In this document: positions 37,102 to 47,265 of the stretch, piece after piece
How the letters are laid out: each line of letters begins with the position of its first letter
Numbering within the stretch: position 1 is the first letter of the stretch
Assembly: GCA_945873295.1 (NCBI GenBank)
Contig: CAMCCS010000001.1
Location: 19,469 to 83,468 of the forward strand
DNA length: 64,000 nucleotides
Source: an uncultured Clostridia bacterium
Lineage (GTDB): Bacteria > Bacillota > Clostridia > Oscillospirales > Oscillospiraceae
Reading direction: 5' to 3'
Notes under the pieces: generated by a model
Told to the model about the DNA's origin: nothing
Database searches by the model: none
The model's input: the letters and a program-made list of their open reading frames with translations, nothing else
Position numbers and translations under genes: made by a program

Positions 37102-38523
37102 TTACTGGGCCGCGGGCAGCGTTACCGTTACCAGGGTGCCGCCGCCAGGGGCATTCTCCAAAGTAAGGGTGCCCCCGTGAAGCTCCACAATCTCCTCGCA
37201 CACCGCAAGGCCAATGCCCGTTCCACGAGCCTTGGAGCTGCCCTTGTAAAATTTCATTTTCACCAGAGGAATTTCGTCCTCCGGAATGCCGGGGCCATAG
37301 TCCCGGATTCTGACTACAACATTTTCGTCCTCGTAGGAAATCCCCGCGTCGATCCGCTTTCCCTCTCCGCCGTGCTTGGCAGCATTATCCAGAATGTTCA
37401 GGAACACCTGGCGAAGCCGCTTGGCATCACAGGGTATCTCCGGGATCTCCGCGTCGCTTTCCTGGTAGTTGAGCTTGATGCCGTCCTGGGAAAGTCGGCT
37501 GCCGTACATATAGACGGTATCTTCAAACTCGCCCCGAATATCCGTCGGTTCCACGGACAGGGTCATCCGCCCGTCCTGCATCCGGGTAAAGTCCAGCAGC
37601 TCCGTCACCATTTCCGTCAGGCGCTTTGCTTCGCTGGAAATAATCTTCAGACCCTGCCGGGTTTGTTCATCCATGCTCTCATCGGCAAGCAGGGTTTCAC
37701 TCCAGCCGTTGATGACCGTCAGGGGTGTGCGCAGCTCATGGGAAAGCTGGGAAATGAATTCCGCCTGCATTTTTTCGTTCTGGCTGATCTTCACCGACAT
37801 TTCGTTGATGGTATCCGCCAGATCCCGGATCTCGTCATCGTATTTTGTGGAGATCTGGGTGCCGTAGCTGCCGCTGGCAATCAGCCGGGCTTTTTCGGTG
37901 ATCTGATTGACCGGGGTCATCACGGTGTTGATAAATGCCCAGCTTGTCAGGACCACAATGGCAAGGATCCCCATCAGCACCAGGGTACAGACCACTGCCA
38001 CCAGAACAATCTGCTGATCCACGATCCGGGTGGAGGTAACATAACGCAGAACGCCCATGACCTCACCGTTGCTGAAAATCATGGGGCTGGACATGGCAAT
38101 GATCCGCTCCCCGGTATCCGGGGCCTTGCCCACGTAGGATTCGATGCCCCGGCTGCTCATGGCTTTCTGTATCTCCGGGGTGCTGGGAGATTTTCCCGCC
38201 CACTCGCCGTAGGAGGAAGCGACGATCTCCCCGGACCGGTTGATAAACTGCAGCTCAATGGAATTCCGGTCCTCAAAGGTTCTGGCATAGGTGATGCAGG
38301 ACTGGTAGAACTCTCCGTAGTTCTGATTTACATAGTCGGCGAAAAATTCCCGGGTGGTCCTGGCGCGGCTGCGCAGGTCCGCCTCCATGCTGGAATAGTA
38401 ATAGGCTGCAAAGAACGCGGTAATCGCCAGGACACAGACAATGCCCAAAGCCAGGATTACCCCGGCTGTATTAAAAAGCCACCGTTTTCGCAGGCTTCCG
38501 GCGTTTTTTGTGGTTTTCTCCAT
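37102..38523 (-). CDS. HAMP-domain sensor histidine kinase
   Basis: Two TMs, HAMP, SHELRTPL, NILDNA.K, DYGPGI, GTGIGL. Confidence 0.93.
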   Translation of the reverse strand: MEKTTKNAGSLRKRWLFNTAGVILALGIVCVLAITAFFAAYYYSSMEADLRSRARTTREFFADYVNQNYGEFYQSCITYARTFEDRNSIELQFINRSGEIVASSYGEWAGKSPSTPEIQKAMSSRGIESYVGKAPDTGERIIAMSSPMIFSNGEVMGVLRYVTSTRIVDQQIVLVAVVCTLVLMGILAIVVLTSWAFINTVMTPVNQITEKARLIASGSYGTQISTKYDDEIRDLADTINEMSVKISQNEKMQAEFISQLSHELRTPLTVINGWSETLLADESMDEQTRQGLKIISSEAKRLTEMVTELLDFTRMQDGRMTLSVEPTDIRGEFEDTVYMYGSRLSQDGIKLNYQESDAEIPEIPCDAKRLRQVFLNILDNAAKHGGEGKRIDAGISYEDENVVVRIRDYGPGIPEDEIPLVKMKFYKGSSKARGTGIGLAVCEEIVELHGGTLTLENAPGGGTLVTVTLPAAQ

Positions 38524-38529
38524 GCCCTG

Positions 38530-39216
38530 TTATGCGCCCCACTTATATCCCAGGCCCCATACCGTGGTGATATAGGTGGGATTGGAGGTATCATCCTCAA
38601 TCTTGATCCGCAGGCGGCGGATATTCACATCCACGATCTTCAGTTCTCCCTCGTAGTCCTGGCCCCAGACCGCGCTGAGAATATCCTCCCGGGACAGCGC
38701 CATTCCCGGGTTCTGCATGAACAGCTTCAGAATGGCATATTCCACCTGGGTCAGACGGATACGGTTTCCGTTCTTTTCCAGGGTGTGGTTCCGGGTGTTC
38801 ATCACAAAGGGGCCCTGGATCAGCAGCTCGGAGCTGGTGTTGCTGTCCCCACCGATCCGGCGGAACAGGGCGTCAATCCGGGCAGTCAGCTCCGCGGGAG
38901 AAAAGGGCTTTGTCACATAGTCGTCGGCGCCGGTCATGAGCCCCGTAACCTTGTCCATTTCCTGGGTCCGGGCGGTGAGCATGACAATGCCAATCTGCTT
39001 GCTGACAGCCCGAATCCGGCGGCAGACCTCAAAGCCGTCCATATCCGGCAGCATGATGTCCAGAATCGCTACGCCGATGTCCGGATTCTCCGCCAGCCGG
39101 TCCAGGGCCTCCTGCCCCGTGCCCGCCTCGATGGCTTCATATCCCGCCCGGGTCAGGTTGATGACCACAAAACTGCGGATATTAACTTCGTCTTCCAGAA
39201 TCAAAACCTTTTTCAT
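38530..39216 (-). CDS. OmpR-family response regulator
   Basis: LEDE, LDIMLP, KPFS, VDVNIRRLR.KIE, TVWGLGY. Confidence 0.95.
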   Translation of the reverse strand: MKKVLILEDEVNIRSFVVINLTRAGYEAIEAGTGQEALDRLAENPDIGVAILDIMLPDMDGFEVCRRIRAVSKQIGIVMLTARTQEMDKVTGLMTGADDYVTKPFSPAELTARIDALFRRIGGDSNTSSELLIQGPFVMNTRNHTLEKNGNRIRLTQVEYAILKLFMQNPGMALSREDILSAVWGQDYEGELKIVDVNIRRLRIKIEDDTSNPTYITTVWGLGYKWGA

Positions 39217-39306
39217 TTTCTGCTCCCCCTATGTCTATGCTATGGAAGCTCTGATGAAATCTTCAAGAGCTGACGGCAAAAGTACAGCCCCCCAGCCGCA
39301 GGCGAT

Positions 39307-40632
39307 TTAGTCAGAGTTTCCCTGTTTTCCATCCTGCTGAATCAGATGGAAACAGCCTTTCAAATACTCTTCCGTAATTCCGTACAGAGCGGATGCCGTC
39401 TCCAGCTTGGCGGCATAGACCACGGTTTCCCCCCGGTACAGTGCAAACCGGTTCTGTACTCCCGCCTGGCTGTCCCGATCCGGTCCCGTAAGGGAGTAGA
39501 CCGAAAATACAGCCTGGGCCTCCCCGTAGTCCTCGTTCCATATGTAGAAGGTGTAGGTATTATTGTCCTGCTCCATGGCGATCCGGCTGATCCAGGTGCT
39601 GTCCAGTGTCAGATACCAGCCGCCGTCGTAGTTATGGAAGGTGTAGTACTTGTCCTGCTCCCTGCCCTGCAGGTTCATGGAATACCACCGGATCAGATAT
39701 TGCTTTTCCTGGTTCCTCTGGGAAGAAGTGGATTTCATCGTCAGAAGCCGCGGCAGCTCCAGAACCCCGTCACCGTCAATGTCCTCGGAATAGATGTAGT
39801 AGTTTCGCAATGTCTGGACACTGGTTCCGGTATCGCTGGCAAGGGAGATATTGGAAAAAACATTGTTCTTCACCGCGAAAATATCGGTCACAATGGCGCT
39901 GTCGTTTACCGCACTGGCAACATACACCGCAGGCTCTCCGCTCTGGAGATTGCTGAGTGTGATTCGCTTGATGTATTCCGCTTTTCCGGAAAGAATCGCT
40001 TCCCGTGACCGTTCCATTACCCCATTCTGCCAGGCGTAGAGCACCGCCACGGCGTTATCCAGCTCCGACTCGCCATAGCGGATCACCATCAGTTCCTTTC
40101 GGCCGTTGCTGTCCAGGTCGCAGGTGACCACCCGGGAGTAGATGGTACTGAAGATCTGCTCCGCCTGTCCGACCGCAAAGGAGTAGAGAGACGCGATCCT
40201 GAGGGTCTGTCCGCCAAGCTGCCGCCCGACCAGAATGTCCATACCGGGACGGCCGTCCAGCTCCACATATTCCACCTGTTCAAAGGACGAGCCGTTGCAG
40301 CTTATATCCTCTGAAAGAACATATTCGCCGTCCTCCCCCATCCGGAAAACCAGGATGTGCAGCGGCTTTTCGGAATTACCCCGGGCAAAGACCAGGTATT
40401 CATCCTTTCCGTCCGCGTCAAGATCCGCCCGCTGCACCGTCTGCTGGTTCTCACCGGACACCGGAGCGGCATACTCCAAATTGGACATTGCCCCGTCAAT
40501 GGCGGACTGCAGGCTGCTGTATTCCTCGGAACGCCTGGGCGGACAATACATCTGTTCCACAGTCCGCATGGCGCAGCCGGACAGGATCAGGCAGACCAGA
40601 ACTGCCAGCACAGGCAATATTCTGTTTTTCAA
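39307..40632 (-). CDS. Lipoprotein with FG-GAP-like DxDxDG repeats (TCS-associated)
   Basis: Lipobox LSGC; DLDADGKDE, DLDSNGRKE, DIDGDGVLE motifs. Confidence 0.7.
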   Translation of the reverse strand: MKNRILPVLAVLVCLILSGCAMRTVEQMYCPPRRSEEYSSLQSAIDGAMSNLEYAAPVSGENQQTVQRADLDADGKDEYLVFARGNSEKPLHILVFRMGEDGEYVLSEDISCNGSSFEQVEYVELDGRPGMDILVGRQLGGQTLRIASLYSFAVGQAEQIFSTIYSRVVTCDLDSNGRKELMVIRYGESELDNAVAVLYAWQNGVMERSREAILSGKAEYIKRITLSNLQSGEPAVYVASAVNDSAIVTDIFAVKNNVFSNISLASDTGTSVQTLRNYYIYSEDIDGDGVLELPRLLTMKSTSSQRNQEKQYLIRWYSMNLQGREQDKYYTFHNYDGGWYLTLDSTWISRIAMEQDNNTYTFYIWNEDYGEAQAVFSVYSLTGPDRDSQAGVQNRFALYRGETVVYAAKLETASALYGITEEYLKGCFHLIQQDGKQGNSD

Positions 40633-40690
40633 GGCATCCGCCCCCTATTGTGAATACTTCTATTATAACACATTTCCGGAAAATGAAAAG

Positions 40691-43600
40691 CTATTTCAGC
40701 ACAACATTTTCTTTTCCCAGTACATTCGTCAGCTCCCGGAGCATGGAACCCGCCAGCATTGCCCGGGTCCCCCGGCGCAGGCCGGAATCGGCAAAGTACA
40801 AAACCACCGTGTTGTCCCCGGGGAACATGTTAAGGATCGCTTTTACCTTGGGGAAAAGCTTTCCCGACTCTCCCGGCAGGCGCAGGTACAGCTTCCCCCC
40901 GGCAGGAGGATCCGGCTGAACGGGGGCAGGCGGTTTCTGGGAATAGTCCGAAATGGGCCGGACCCGGTTAATGACGATCTGAGGGTCCTTGTCCTCCCGC
41001 TGGGAGAGCCTGCCCGTAACTACCACGGGGAAGTTCTCTTTCAGATACCCGCCGTGCTCACTGAGCACATTGGAAAAGGCAATCATTTCCATGGAGGCGG
41101 TGTCGTCCTCCACAGTGACATAGGCCATCATGGAATTATTCCGGGTGGTCTTCATTTTTACGCTCTGCACGATGCCCGCCACACTGACGATCTGCTCATC
41201 CTCATACCGGGAGTCCTCCGCCGTCAGGGCGGCAATGGGGACCACATTGGTGCCCCGGAGGAAGGAACGGTAGTCGTCCATGGGGTGGCCGGACAGATAG
41301 ATGCCGGTGGTCTCCTTTTCCATAGCCATGAGCTCCGCCTTGCTCAGCTCCGGGCGGCTGGGAATGGGGATTTTCGCTTTTTCCGGCTCCAGCATGGCAA
41401 ACATGCCCAACTGGCCCTCCAGATTCTGCTTCCGGGAGACGGCAACGCTGTCCATCATGCTTTCATACACCGCAAGCAATTCGCTGCGGTGATGCCCGAA
41501 GCAATCCATGGCGCCGCACTTAATAAAGTTTTCCACCGCCCGCTTGTTGAGCTCTCCCTCGCCCATTCGCTCCAGGAAATCCTCCAGCGACCGGAAGGGG
41601 CCGCCTTCTTCCCGGCGGGCAGTCACACTGCGAATGAGGCCGTGACCCACGTTTTTCACAGCGCCCAGGCCGAACCGGATTCCCTCCGGCTCCACAACAA
41701 AGTGATCCTCCGAGTGGTTAATATCCGGCGGCAGGGTCTTTATATTCATTTCCCGGCATTCGGCGATATACCCCGCGATCTTGTCCGCGGAGTCCAGCAC
41801 TGAGGTCATCAGCGCCGCCATGTACTGCCGGGGGTAGTGGCATTTCAGGTAGGCGGTCTGATAGGCCACCACGGCGTAGCACACCGCGTGAGCCTTGTTG
41901 AAAGCGTAGTTGGCAAAGTCCACGATCTCGTCGTAAATGGACTGGGCCACGCTTTCCGGCACGCCCTTGGAAATCGCGCCGGCAATGTTCTGGGCCGGGT
42001 CACCGTAGACAAAAACCTTCCGCTCCGACTCGATGACCTTCAGCTTTTTCTTGGAAATCGCACGGCGGATGTTGTCCGCCTGGCCCATGGTATAGCCGCC
42101 AAGCTGCCGGAAGATCTCAATGACCTGCTCCTGATAGACAATGCAGCCGTAGGTGACCTTCAGGATGGGTTCTAAGAGCGGGGTCTTATAGGTCACTTTC
42201 TCCGGGTGGAGCTTGTTCTCCACGAACCGGGGAATGGAATCCATGGGACCAGGGCGGTACAGCGCCACAATGGCCGTCAGGTCTTCAATGGAGGTGGGCT
42301 TCATGCTGACGCACACACCGGTCATACCGGCGGATTCCAGCTGGAACACGCCCTGGGTCTTTCCCTCTGCCAGCATGGCGAAGGTCTCCGGGTCATTATC
42401 CGGCACCTCGTCCACGGCAAAGTCCGGCTCCATGCGGCGGACCTGTTCCTCCGCGTCCTGGATGACCGTCAGGTTCCGCAGACCCAGGAAGTCCATTTTC
42501 AGCAATCCCAGTTCCTCGATGGTAGTCATGGTGTACTGGGTAACGATGGTGTCATCATTCCGGGACAGGGGCACATAGGTAACCACCGGGTCTGCGGTGA
42601 TGACCACGCCCGCGGCATGGGTGGAGGTATTTCTGGGCATGCCCTCCAGCTGCATGGCGGTATCGATGAGTTTTTTTACCTTGGGGTCCCCGTCGTACAT
42701 CTCTTTCAGCCGGGGAGAAATGTTCAGGGCTTCCTTTAAGGTGATGTGCAGGGGCATGGTGGGCACCAGCTTTGCCACCACATCCGTCTCCGCGTAAGAA
42801 AAGTTCAGCGCCCGGCCCACATCCCGGATGGCACCCCGGGCCGCCATGGTACCGAAGGTGACGATCTGGGCAACGTGATCCGCGCCGTACTTGCGCATAA
42901 CATATTCAATGACCTCACCCCGGCGTTCGGGAGAAAAGTCGGTATCAAAGTCCGGCATGCTCACCCGCTCCGGGTTCAGGAACCGCTCGAAGATGAGGCT
43001 GTACTTCATGGGGTCCACTTCCGTGATGTGCAGGGAGTAGGCCACAATGGAGGCAGCGCCGGAGCCCCGTCCCGGCCCCACCGGGATTCCGTTCTCCTTG
43101 GCATAGCGGATAAAATCCCACACAATGAGGTAGTAGTTCACATACCCCATCCGGCTGATGACGCCCATCTCATATTCGAGCCTTTCCCGGTAGGACTGGG
43201 GCGCCTGAGGATACCGCTCCAAAAAGCCTTTCATGCAGAGGTCACGGAAGTATTCCTCATTGGTGACCCCCTCCGGCACCGGGAACGCGGGCAGATGGTA
43301 CTCGTGAAAGGTAAAATCCAGATTACACTGCTCGGCAATTTTCGCCGTATTCTGGAAGGCTTCGTTACAGCCGGGGAACCGGGCGCGCAGCTCTTCCTCG
43401 CTTTTCAGGTAAAATTCCTCGGTCTGGAATTTCATCCGGTTGGGATCGTCCACCGTCTTGCCCGTCTGGACGCACAGGAGCACATCCTGCATCCCGGCGT
43501 CCTCCCGGCGCAGATAGTGGGCGTCGTTGGTAACCACCATAGGCAGCCCCGTCTCCCGGGCCAGGCGGCGGATCCCCTGATTGACGGCCCGCTGCTCCTG

Positions 43601-44137
43601 GATGTCGTGGTCCTGCAGCTCCAGGTAGAAGTTTCCCTCCCCGAAGATTCCGGCAAGACGCAGGGCATATGCTTTCGCCCCATCATAGTTTTCATCCATC
43701 AGGTACTGGGCAACGCCGCCTGCCAGGCAGGCAGACAGGGCAATCAGTCCCTCGTGGTGCTTTTCCAGAAGCTCCAGGTCCACCCGGGGCTTACCGTAGA
43801 AGCCCTTCTGAAAGGCCGCGGAAACCAGAAGACAAAGGTTTTCATAGCCGGTCCGGTTCTTGCACAGCAGCACCAGGTGGTAGGGGTCCTTGTCCAGCCC
43901 GTGGACCTTATCCTCCATCCGCCGGCGGGCAACGTATACCTCGCAGCCGATAATGGGCTTGATCCCCGCCGCCTTGGCGGCCTTGTAAAAATCAATACAG
44001 CCGTACATCACTCCGTGGTCCGTAATGGCCACGGCGGACTGGCCCAGCTCCTTGACCCGGTCCATTATGGAGTCGATGCGGCAGGCACCGTCCAGGAGGC
44101 TGTACTCCGTATGCACATGCAGATGTACAAAGCTCAT
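40691..44137 (-). CDS. dnaE: DNA polymerase III alpha subunit
   Basis: HLHVHTEYSLLDG PHP domain, GRGSGA, PDFDTDF, LLKMDFLGL, FNKAHA. Confidence 0.98.
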   Translation of the reverse strand: MSFVHLHVHTEYSLLDGACRIDSIMDRVKELGQSAVAITDHGVMYGCIDFYKAAKAAGIKPIIGCEVYVARRRMEDKVHGLDKDPYHLVLLCKNRTGYENLCLLVSAAFQKGFYGKPRVDLELLEKHHEGLIALSACLAGGVAQYLMDENYDGAKAYALRLAGIFGEGNFYLELQDHDIQEQRAVNQGIRRLARETGLPMVVTNDAHYLRREDAGMQDVLLCVQTGKTVDDPNRMKFQTEEFYLKSEEELRARFPGCNEAFQNTAKIAEQCNLDFTFHEYHLPAFPVPEGVTNEEYFRDLCMKGFLERYPQAPQSYRERLEYEMGVISRMGYVNYYLIVWDFIRYAKENGIPVGPGRGSGAASIVAYSLHITEVDPMKYSLIFERFLNPERVSMPDFDTDFSPERRGEVIEYVMRKYGADHVAQIVTFGTMAARGAIRDVGRALNFSYAETDVVAKLVPTMPLHITLKEALNISPRLKEMYDGDPKVKKLIDTAMQLEGMPRNTSTHAAGVVITADPVVTYVPLSRNDDTIVTQYTMTTIEELGLLKMDFLGLRNLTVIQDAEEQVRRMEPDFAVDEVPDNDPETFAMLAEGKTQGVFQLESAGMTGVCVSMKPTSIEDLTAIVALYRPGPMDSIPRFVENKLHPEKVTYKTPLLEPILKVTYGCIVYQEQVIEIFRQLGGYTMGQADNIRRAISKKKLKVIESERKVFVYGDPAQNIAGAISKGVPESVAQSIYDEIVDFANYAFNKAHAVCYAVVAYQTAYLKCHYPRQYMAALMTSVLDSADKIAGYIAECREMNIKTLPPDINHSEDHFVVEPEGIRFGLGAVKNVGHGLIRSVTARREEGGPFRSLEDFLERMGEGELNKRAVENFIKCGAMDCFGHHRSELLAVYESMMDSVAVSRKQNLEGQLGMFAMLEPEKAKIPIPSRPELSKAELMAMEKETTGIYLSGHPMDDYRSFLRGTNVVPIAALTAEDSRYEDEQIVSVAGIVQSVKMKTTRNNSMMAYVTVEDDTASMEMIAFSNVLSEHGGYLKENFPVVVTGRLSQREDKDPQIVINRVRPISDYSQKPPAPVQPDPPAGGKLYLRLPGESGKLFPKVKAILNMFPGDNTVVLYFADSGLRRGTRAMLAGSMLRELTNVLGKENVVLK

Positions 44138-45045
44138 ATCTGTGTCTCCTTTGCCAGCTCAATGAGCCGCCGCAGGCGGTGGCTCATGGCAGGTTTGGTG
44201 ATGGGCGGCTCCATCATGGCGGCAAGCTCCACAAGCGCCGCCTCCGGGTTTTCTTCCCGGGCCTTCGCCGCCAGCTGCAGCTTGGGTGGAAGCTGTTCCA
44301 ACTGGCCGGAACTGCGCAGGCAGCGGATGGCGGCAAGCTGCTCCTGGGCCGCGTCCACCACCTTGGAGGTATTGGCATCGTCGCAGTTGCAGCACCGGTT
44401 GACCCGGTTATTCAGCTCTTTTTCCAGCCTTGCCTCCATGATCCCCATAGCGGCCACAGGCGCGCCCAGATAAGTAAGGAAATCCGAAATCCGCTCGCTC
44501 TGCTTCAGGTACAGCACCCGGCTGCCGCCCCGTCCGGCAGTCTTGGGCGCAAAACCCAGCACCTCCCGGATCAGGGCGTCGCACTCCCGGGCTACACTCT
44601 GATGGGTGGTGGTAAGCTCCATGTGGTAGCCCTTTTCCGGGTCGGTCACACTGCCGCCGGAGAGAAAGGCCCCCCGCAGGAAATAGGCCTTGCTGCTCTC
44701 ATCCTCCACCACCGGAAGGTTAATATGCAGGGACAGGGTGTCCTCCGGGGAAAAGCCGAAAGTTTCCATAATGATGCCCAGTTTCTTTTCATCGGTGATC
44801 TGAAACACCAGCTTTCCTGCCGCGTCCTTGTCGGGCTGCTGGTCAAAGCCAAAACCAAAGGCTTTCCGAAAAAGTTTCGGCAGCATTTTCCCAAACTCCC
44901 GGCTCTCGGTGATCAGCCTGATCCCATCGAAGCGGAAGCTGTTGCCAAAGAGCAGGCACCCAAAGCATTCCGCCGCCGCGGACACGGCATCCGGTGGAAA
45001 ATCCCGGCAGACCTCCGCCTTGGCAGAAGAAGAAAAGGAAGCCAT
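44134..45045 (-). CDS. whiA: DNA-binding protein WhiA
   Basis: FLRGAFL.GGSVTDP..GYHME, NR..NCD.AN, HRLRRL. Confidence 0.92.
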   Translation of the reverse strand: MASFSSSAKAEVCRDFPPDAVSAAAECFGCLLFGNSFRFDGIRLITESREFGKMLPKLFRKAFGFGFDQQPDKDAAGKLVFQITDEKKLGIIMETFGFSPEDTLSLHINLPVVEDESSKAYFLRGAFLSGGSVTDPEKGYHMELTTTHQSVARECDALIREVLGFAPKTAGRGGSRVLYLKQSERISDFLTYLGAPVAAMGIMEARLEKELNNRVNRCCNCDDANTSKVVDAAQEQLAAIRCLRSSGQLEQLPPKLQLAAKAREENPEAALVELAAMMEPPITKPAMSHRLRRLIELAKETQI

Positions 45046-45059
45046 GGTATCTCTCCTTT

Positions 45060-45980
45060 CTAACTGTGCTCCCAGATCCGCACCTCCGGCTCCAGGCGGA
45101 TCCCGGTTTTCCCGTATACCCGGTCCGTAACCTGCCGGAGCAATTCTTTTACATCCCGGGCGGTAGCTCCCCCCAGATTTACGGCAAAGCCCGCATGCTT
45201 CCGGGAAATCGCCGCGCCGCCCACCTGAAATCCTTTGAGCCCCGCTTCATCGATCAGCGCCGCTGCGTAGCCCTCCCTGGGACGTTTAAAGGCGGAACCT
45301 GCCGAGGGAAGATCCAGGGGCTGGGAGGCGGAGCGCTTCGCCATCAGTTCTTTCATCCGTGCGAAGATTCCCTCGCTGTCCGCCGGAGTCAGGCAGAACA
45401 CCGCACTGAGGACAATACCGGGCGTATCCTCCAAACGGCTGTGCCGGTAGGAAAAGGCCATATCCTCCCGGGACAGCGTAAGGATTTTCCCCTCCGGATT
45501 CATGATCTCCGCCTGGGTAAGGACGCTGCCGATCTCCCCGCCGTAGGCACCCGCGTTCATATACACGCCGCCGCCCACCGTGCCGGGGATGCCGTGGGCA
45601 AATTCCAGGCCGGAAAGACCCTGCTTCGCCGCAAACATCGCCGCCCGCGTCATGGTCACACCGGCCATGACCCGGATATGGGTTTCATCCAGCCGCTCCA
45701 TGCCGTCCAGGCAATCCTTGAGACAGATGACAAGGCCCGCCATCCCCTCGTCCGGGGCCAGTACGTTGGTTCCTGCGCCCAGTATAGCAGGATTACAGTC
45801 CAATAAACGGGACGTTTTCAGCAAATGCGCCAATTCTTCCCTGTCTTCGGGAAAGGCCATGGCCTCCGCCGCCCCGCCGATCCGGAAGGAGGTGTGCTTT
45901 GCCATGGGCTCATTGTACAATATCCGAATATCCGGGCAGTTCCGGGCAAGTTTCTCCTGAAAATCGGTAAATTCCTTCAT
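45060..45980 (-). CDS. murB: UDP-N-acetylenolpyruvoylglucosamine reductase
   Basis: HTSFRIGG, GIPGTVGG..MNAGAYG, QPL..PSAGS.FKRP, KHAGF.VN. Confidence 0.96.
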   Translation of the reverse strand: MKEFTDFQEKLARNCPDIRILYNEPMAKHTSFRIGGAAEAMAFPEDREELAHLLKTSRLLDCNPAILGAGTNVLAPDEGMAGLVICLKDCLDGMERLDETHIRVMAGVTMTRAAMFAAKQGLSGLEFAHGIPGTVGGGVYMNAGAYGGEIGSVLTQAEIMNPEGKILTLSREDMAFSYRHSRLEDTPGIVLSAVFCLTPADSEGIFARMKELMAKRSASQPLDLPSAGSAFKRPREGYAAALIDEAGLKGFQVGGAAISRKHAGFAVNLGGATARDVKELLRQVTDRVYGKTGIRLEPEVRIWEHS

Positions 45981-46069
45981 AAACGCCTCCGGGTGTTCGA
46001 TTGGTTACAGTATAGCATATCTCCGGGGAATATGCAATTATTCCTTTCCCGGTTTTTTGAAAGGTGCAA

Positions 46070-46098
46070 AAACACTCCGCTTTTTCAGCGGAGTGTTT
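46070..46098 (-). terminator. Terminator after LCP pair
   Basis: AAACACTCCGC-TTTTTCA-GCGGAGTGTTT. Confidence 0.7.
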
Positions 46099-46121
46099 AC
46101 GCACAGGGATCGTTTTTTCGC

Positions 46122-47162
46122 TTATCCCTCGCAGATTTCCATCAGGATCTGCTTATTTCTTTCCAGGTCGGGGACCAGGACGGCGGCGGAATAGCCGCCG
46201 ATTTCTACCCTGGCATTTTCATAGGTGCCGTCTGCGGGGATCTGCTGGGATTCTATTTTCAGGTCCGCGGCCATTGGCAGCAGCTTTAAAGCGCAGCTGA
46301 GGATCTCCCGGTTTGTCATATCCGTATAGATCATGGGAAGAATATCCGTTATCATGCTGTGCAGCTGCATAAAGTCCATCTTTCTGAGCTTCTCCGTCAC
46401 CGCCGCCACCACGGCCCGCTGGCGGCCCGTGCGGAGGAAGTCACTGTCCCCGGCGCTGGAATGCCTGGTCCGTACAAAGATAAGGGCAGCCTCTCCGTCC
46501 AGAAGATTGCTTCCCTCGGTGTAACTGTCCGGAAGATTCGGCTGCTTGTTCAGGTATGCCGCCTCCGCTTCCGTCAGGTCCAGCTCCACACCGCCTAAGG
46601 CATCCACAACGCGGACGAAGGAGTCAAAGCTAAACTCCACATTGTAGTCTACCTCCACGCCGAACTGCTCCAGAATCAGCTGATCCAGCATTTCCATGCC
46701 GCCCCGGTCTCCGTTCCAGGCACAGCCCAGGGAGTAGGCGGCATTGATACGGTTTTTGGATCCCGCATGTCCGGCATAGTCCGGAAGCTGAACGTACATA
46801 TCCCGCATGAGGGAGCACATGGTCATCGTCCCGGTATTCCGGTTGACGGAGCACAGGATCATGGCATCCGCCAGCTTGTGGTCCGCTCCCTCCCGCATAT
46901 CCTGCCCGATGAGAAGAATATTCACAATGCCGTCGTTCTTCCCCGACAGGCTTTCACTCAAGTCTTCCAGCTTTTCAAAAATTGCCGTACGCTTTGCCTG
47001 GGGACGCTCCACCAGATCCAGTACGGAATTCAAATACAGAAATGCGCCGATTCCGGCGGCAAGGATCAGTCCCTCCACTACCACCAGGAACAGCAGGAAC
47101 CTGCCCAGGCAGCCCCGGGGCTGCTTTTTCTTACGCTCCGTCTCCACAGATTTTCTTCCCAT
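46122..47162 (-). CDS. LCP (LytR-CpsA-Psr) family protein 1
   Basis: TM; NILLIGQD, SLMRD, RINAAY, VDALGGV, VRTRH, SDFLRTGRQR. Confidence 0.88.
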   Translation of the reverse strand: MGRKSVETERKKKQPRGCLGRFLLFLVVVEGLILAAGIGAFLYLNSVLDLVERPQAKRTAIFEKLEDLSESLSGKNDGIVNILLIGQDMREGADHKLADAMILCSVNRNTGTMTMCSLMRDMYVQLPDYAGHAGSKNRINAAYSLGCAWNGDRGGMEMLDQLILEQFGVEVDYNVEFSFDSFVRVVDALGGVELDLTEAEAAYLNKQPNLPDSYTEGSNLLDGEAALIFVRTRHSSAGDSDFLRTGRQRAVVAAVTEKLRKMDFMQLHSMITDILPMIYTDMTNREILSCALKLLPMAADLKIESQQIPADGTYENARVEIGGYSAAVLVPDLERNKQILMEICEG

Positions 47163-47265
47163 TTCGCGCCTCCTTATCCATGACACCCCTGATACCATAT
47201 GATACGCGGCTATCCATGTATGTATAAAGTCCCCGGGACGACAAAAAATCATCCCGGGGCAGCCA

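Noticed and set aside
36241-39273. 1010-aa plus-strand ORF (likewise 59994-62921, 53710-56034, 42746-44473, 21028-22662 and others)
   Set aside because: Antisense shadows of well-supported minus-strand genes in GC-rich DNA; no recognisable motifs.
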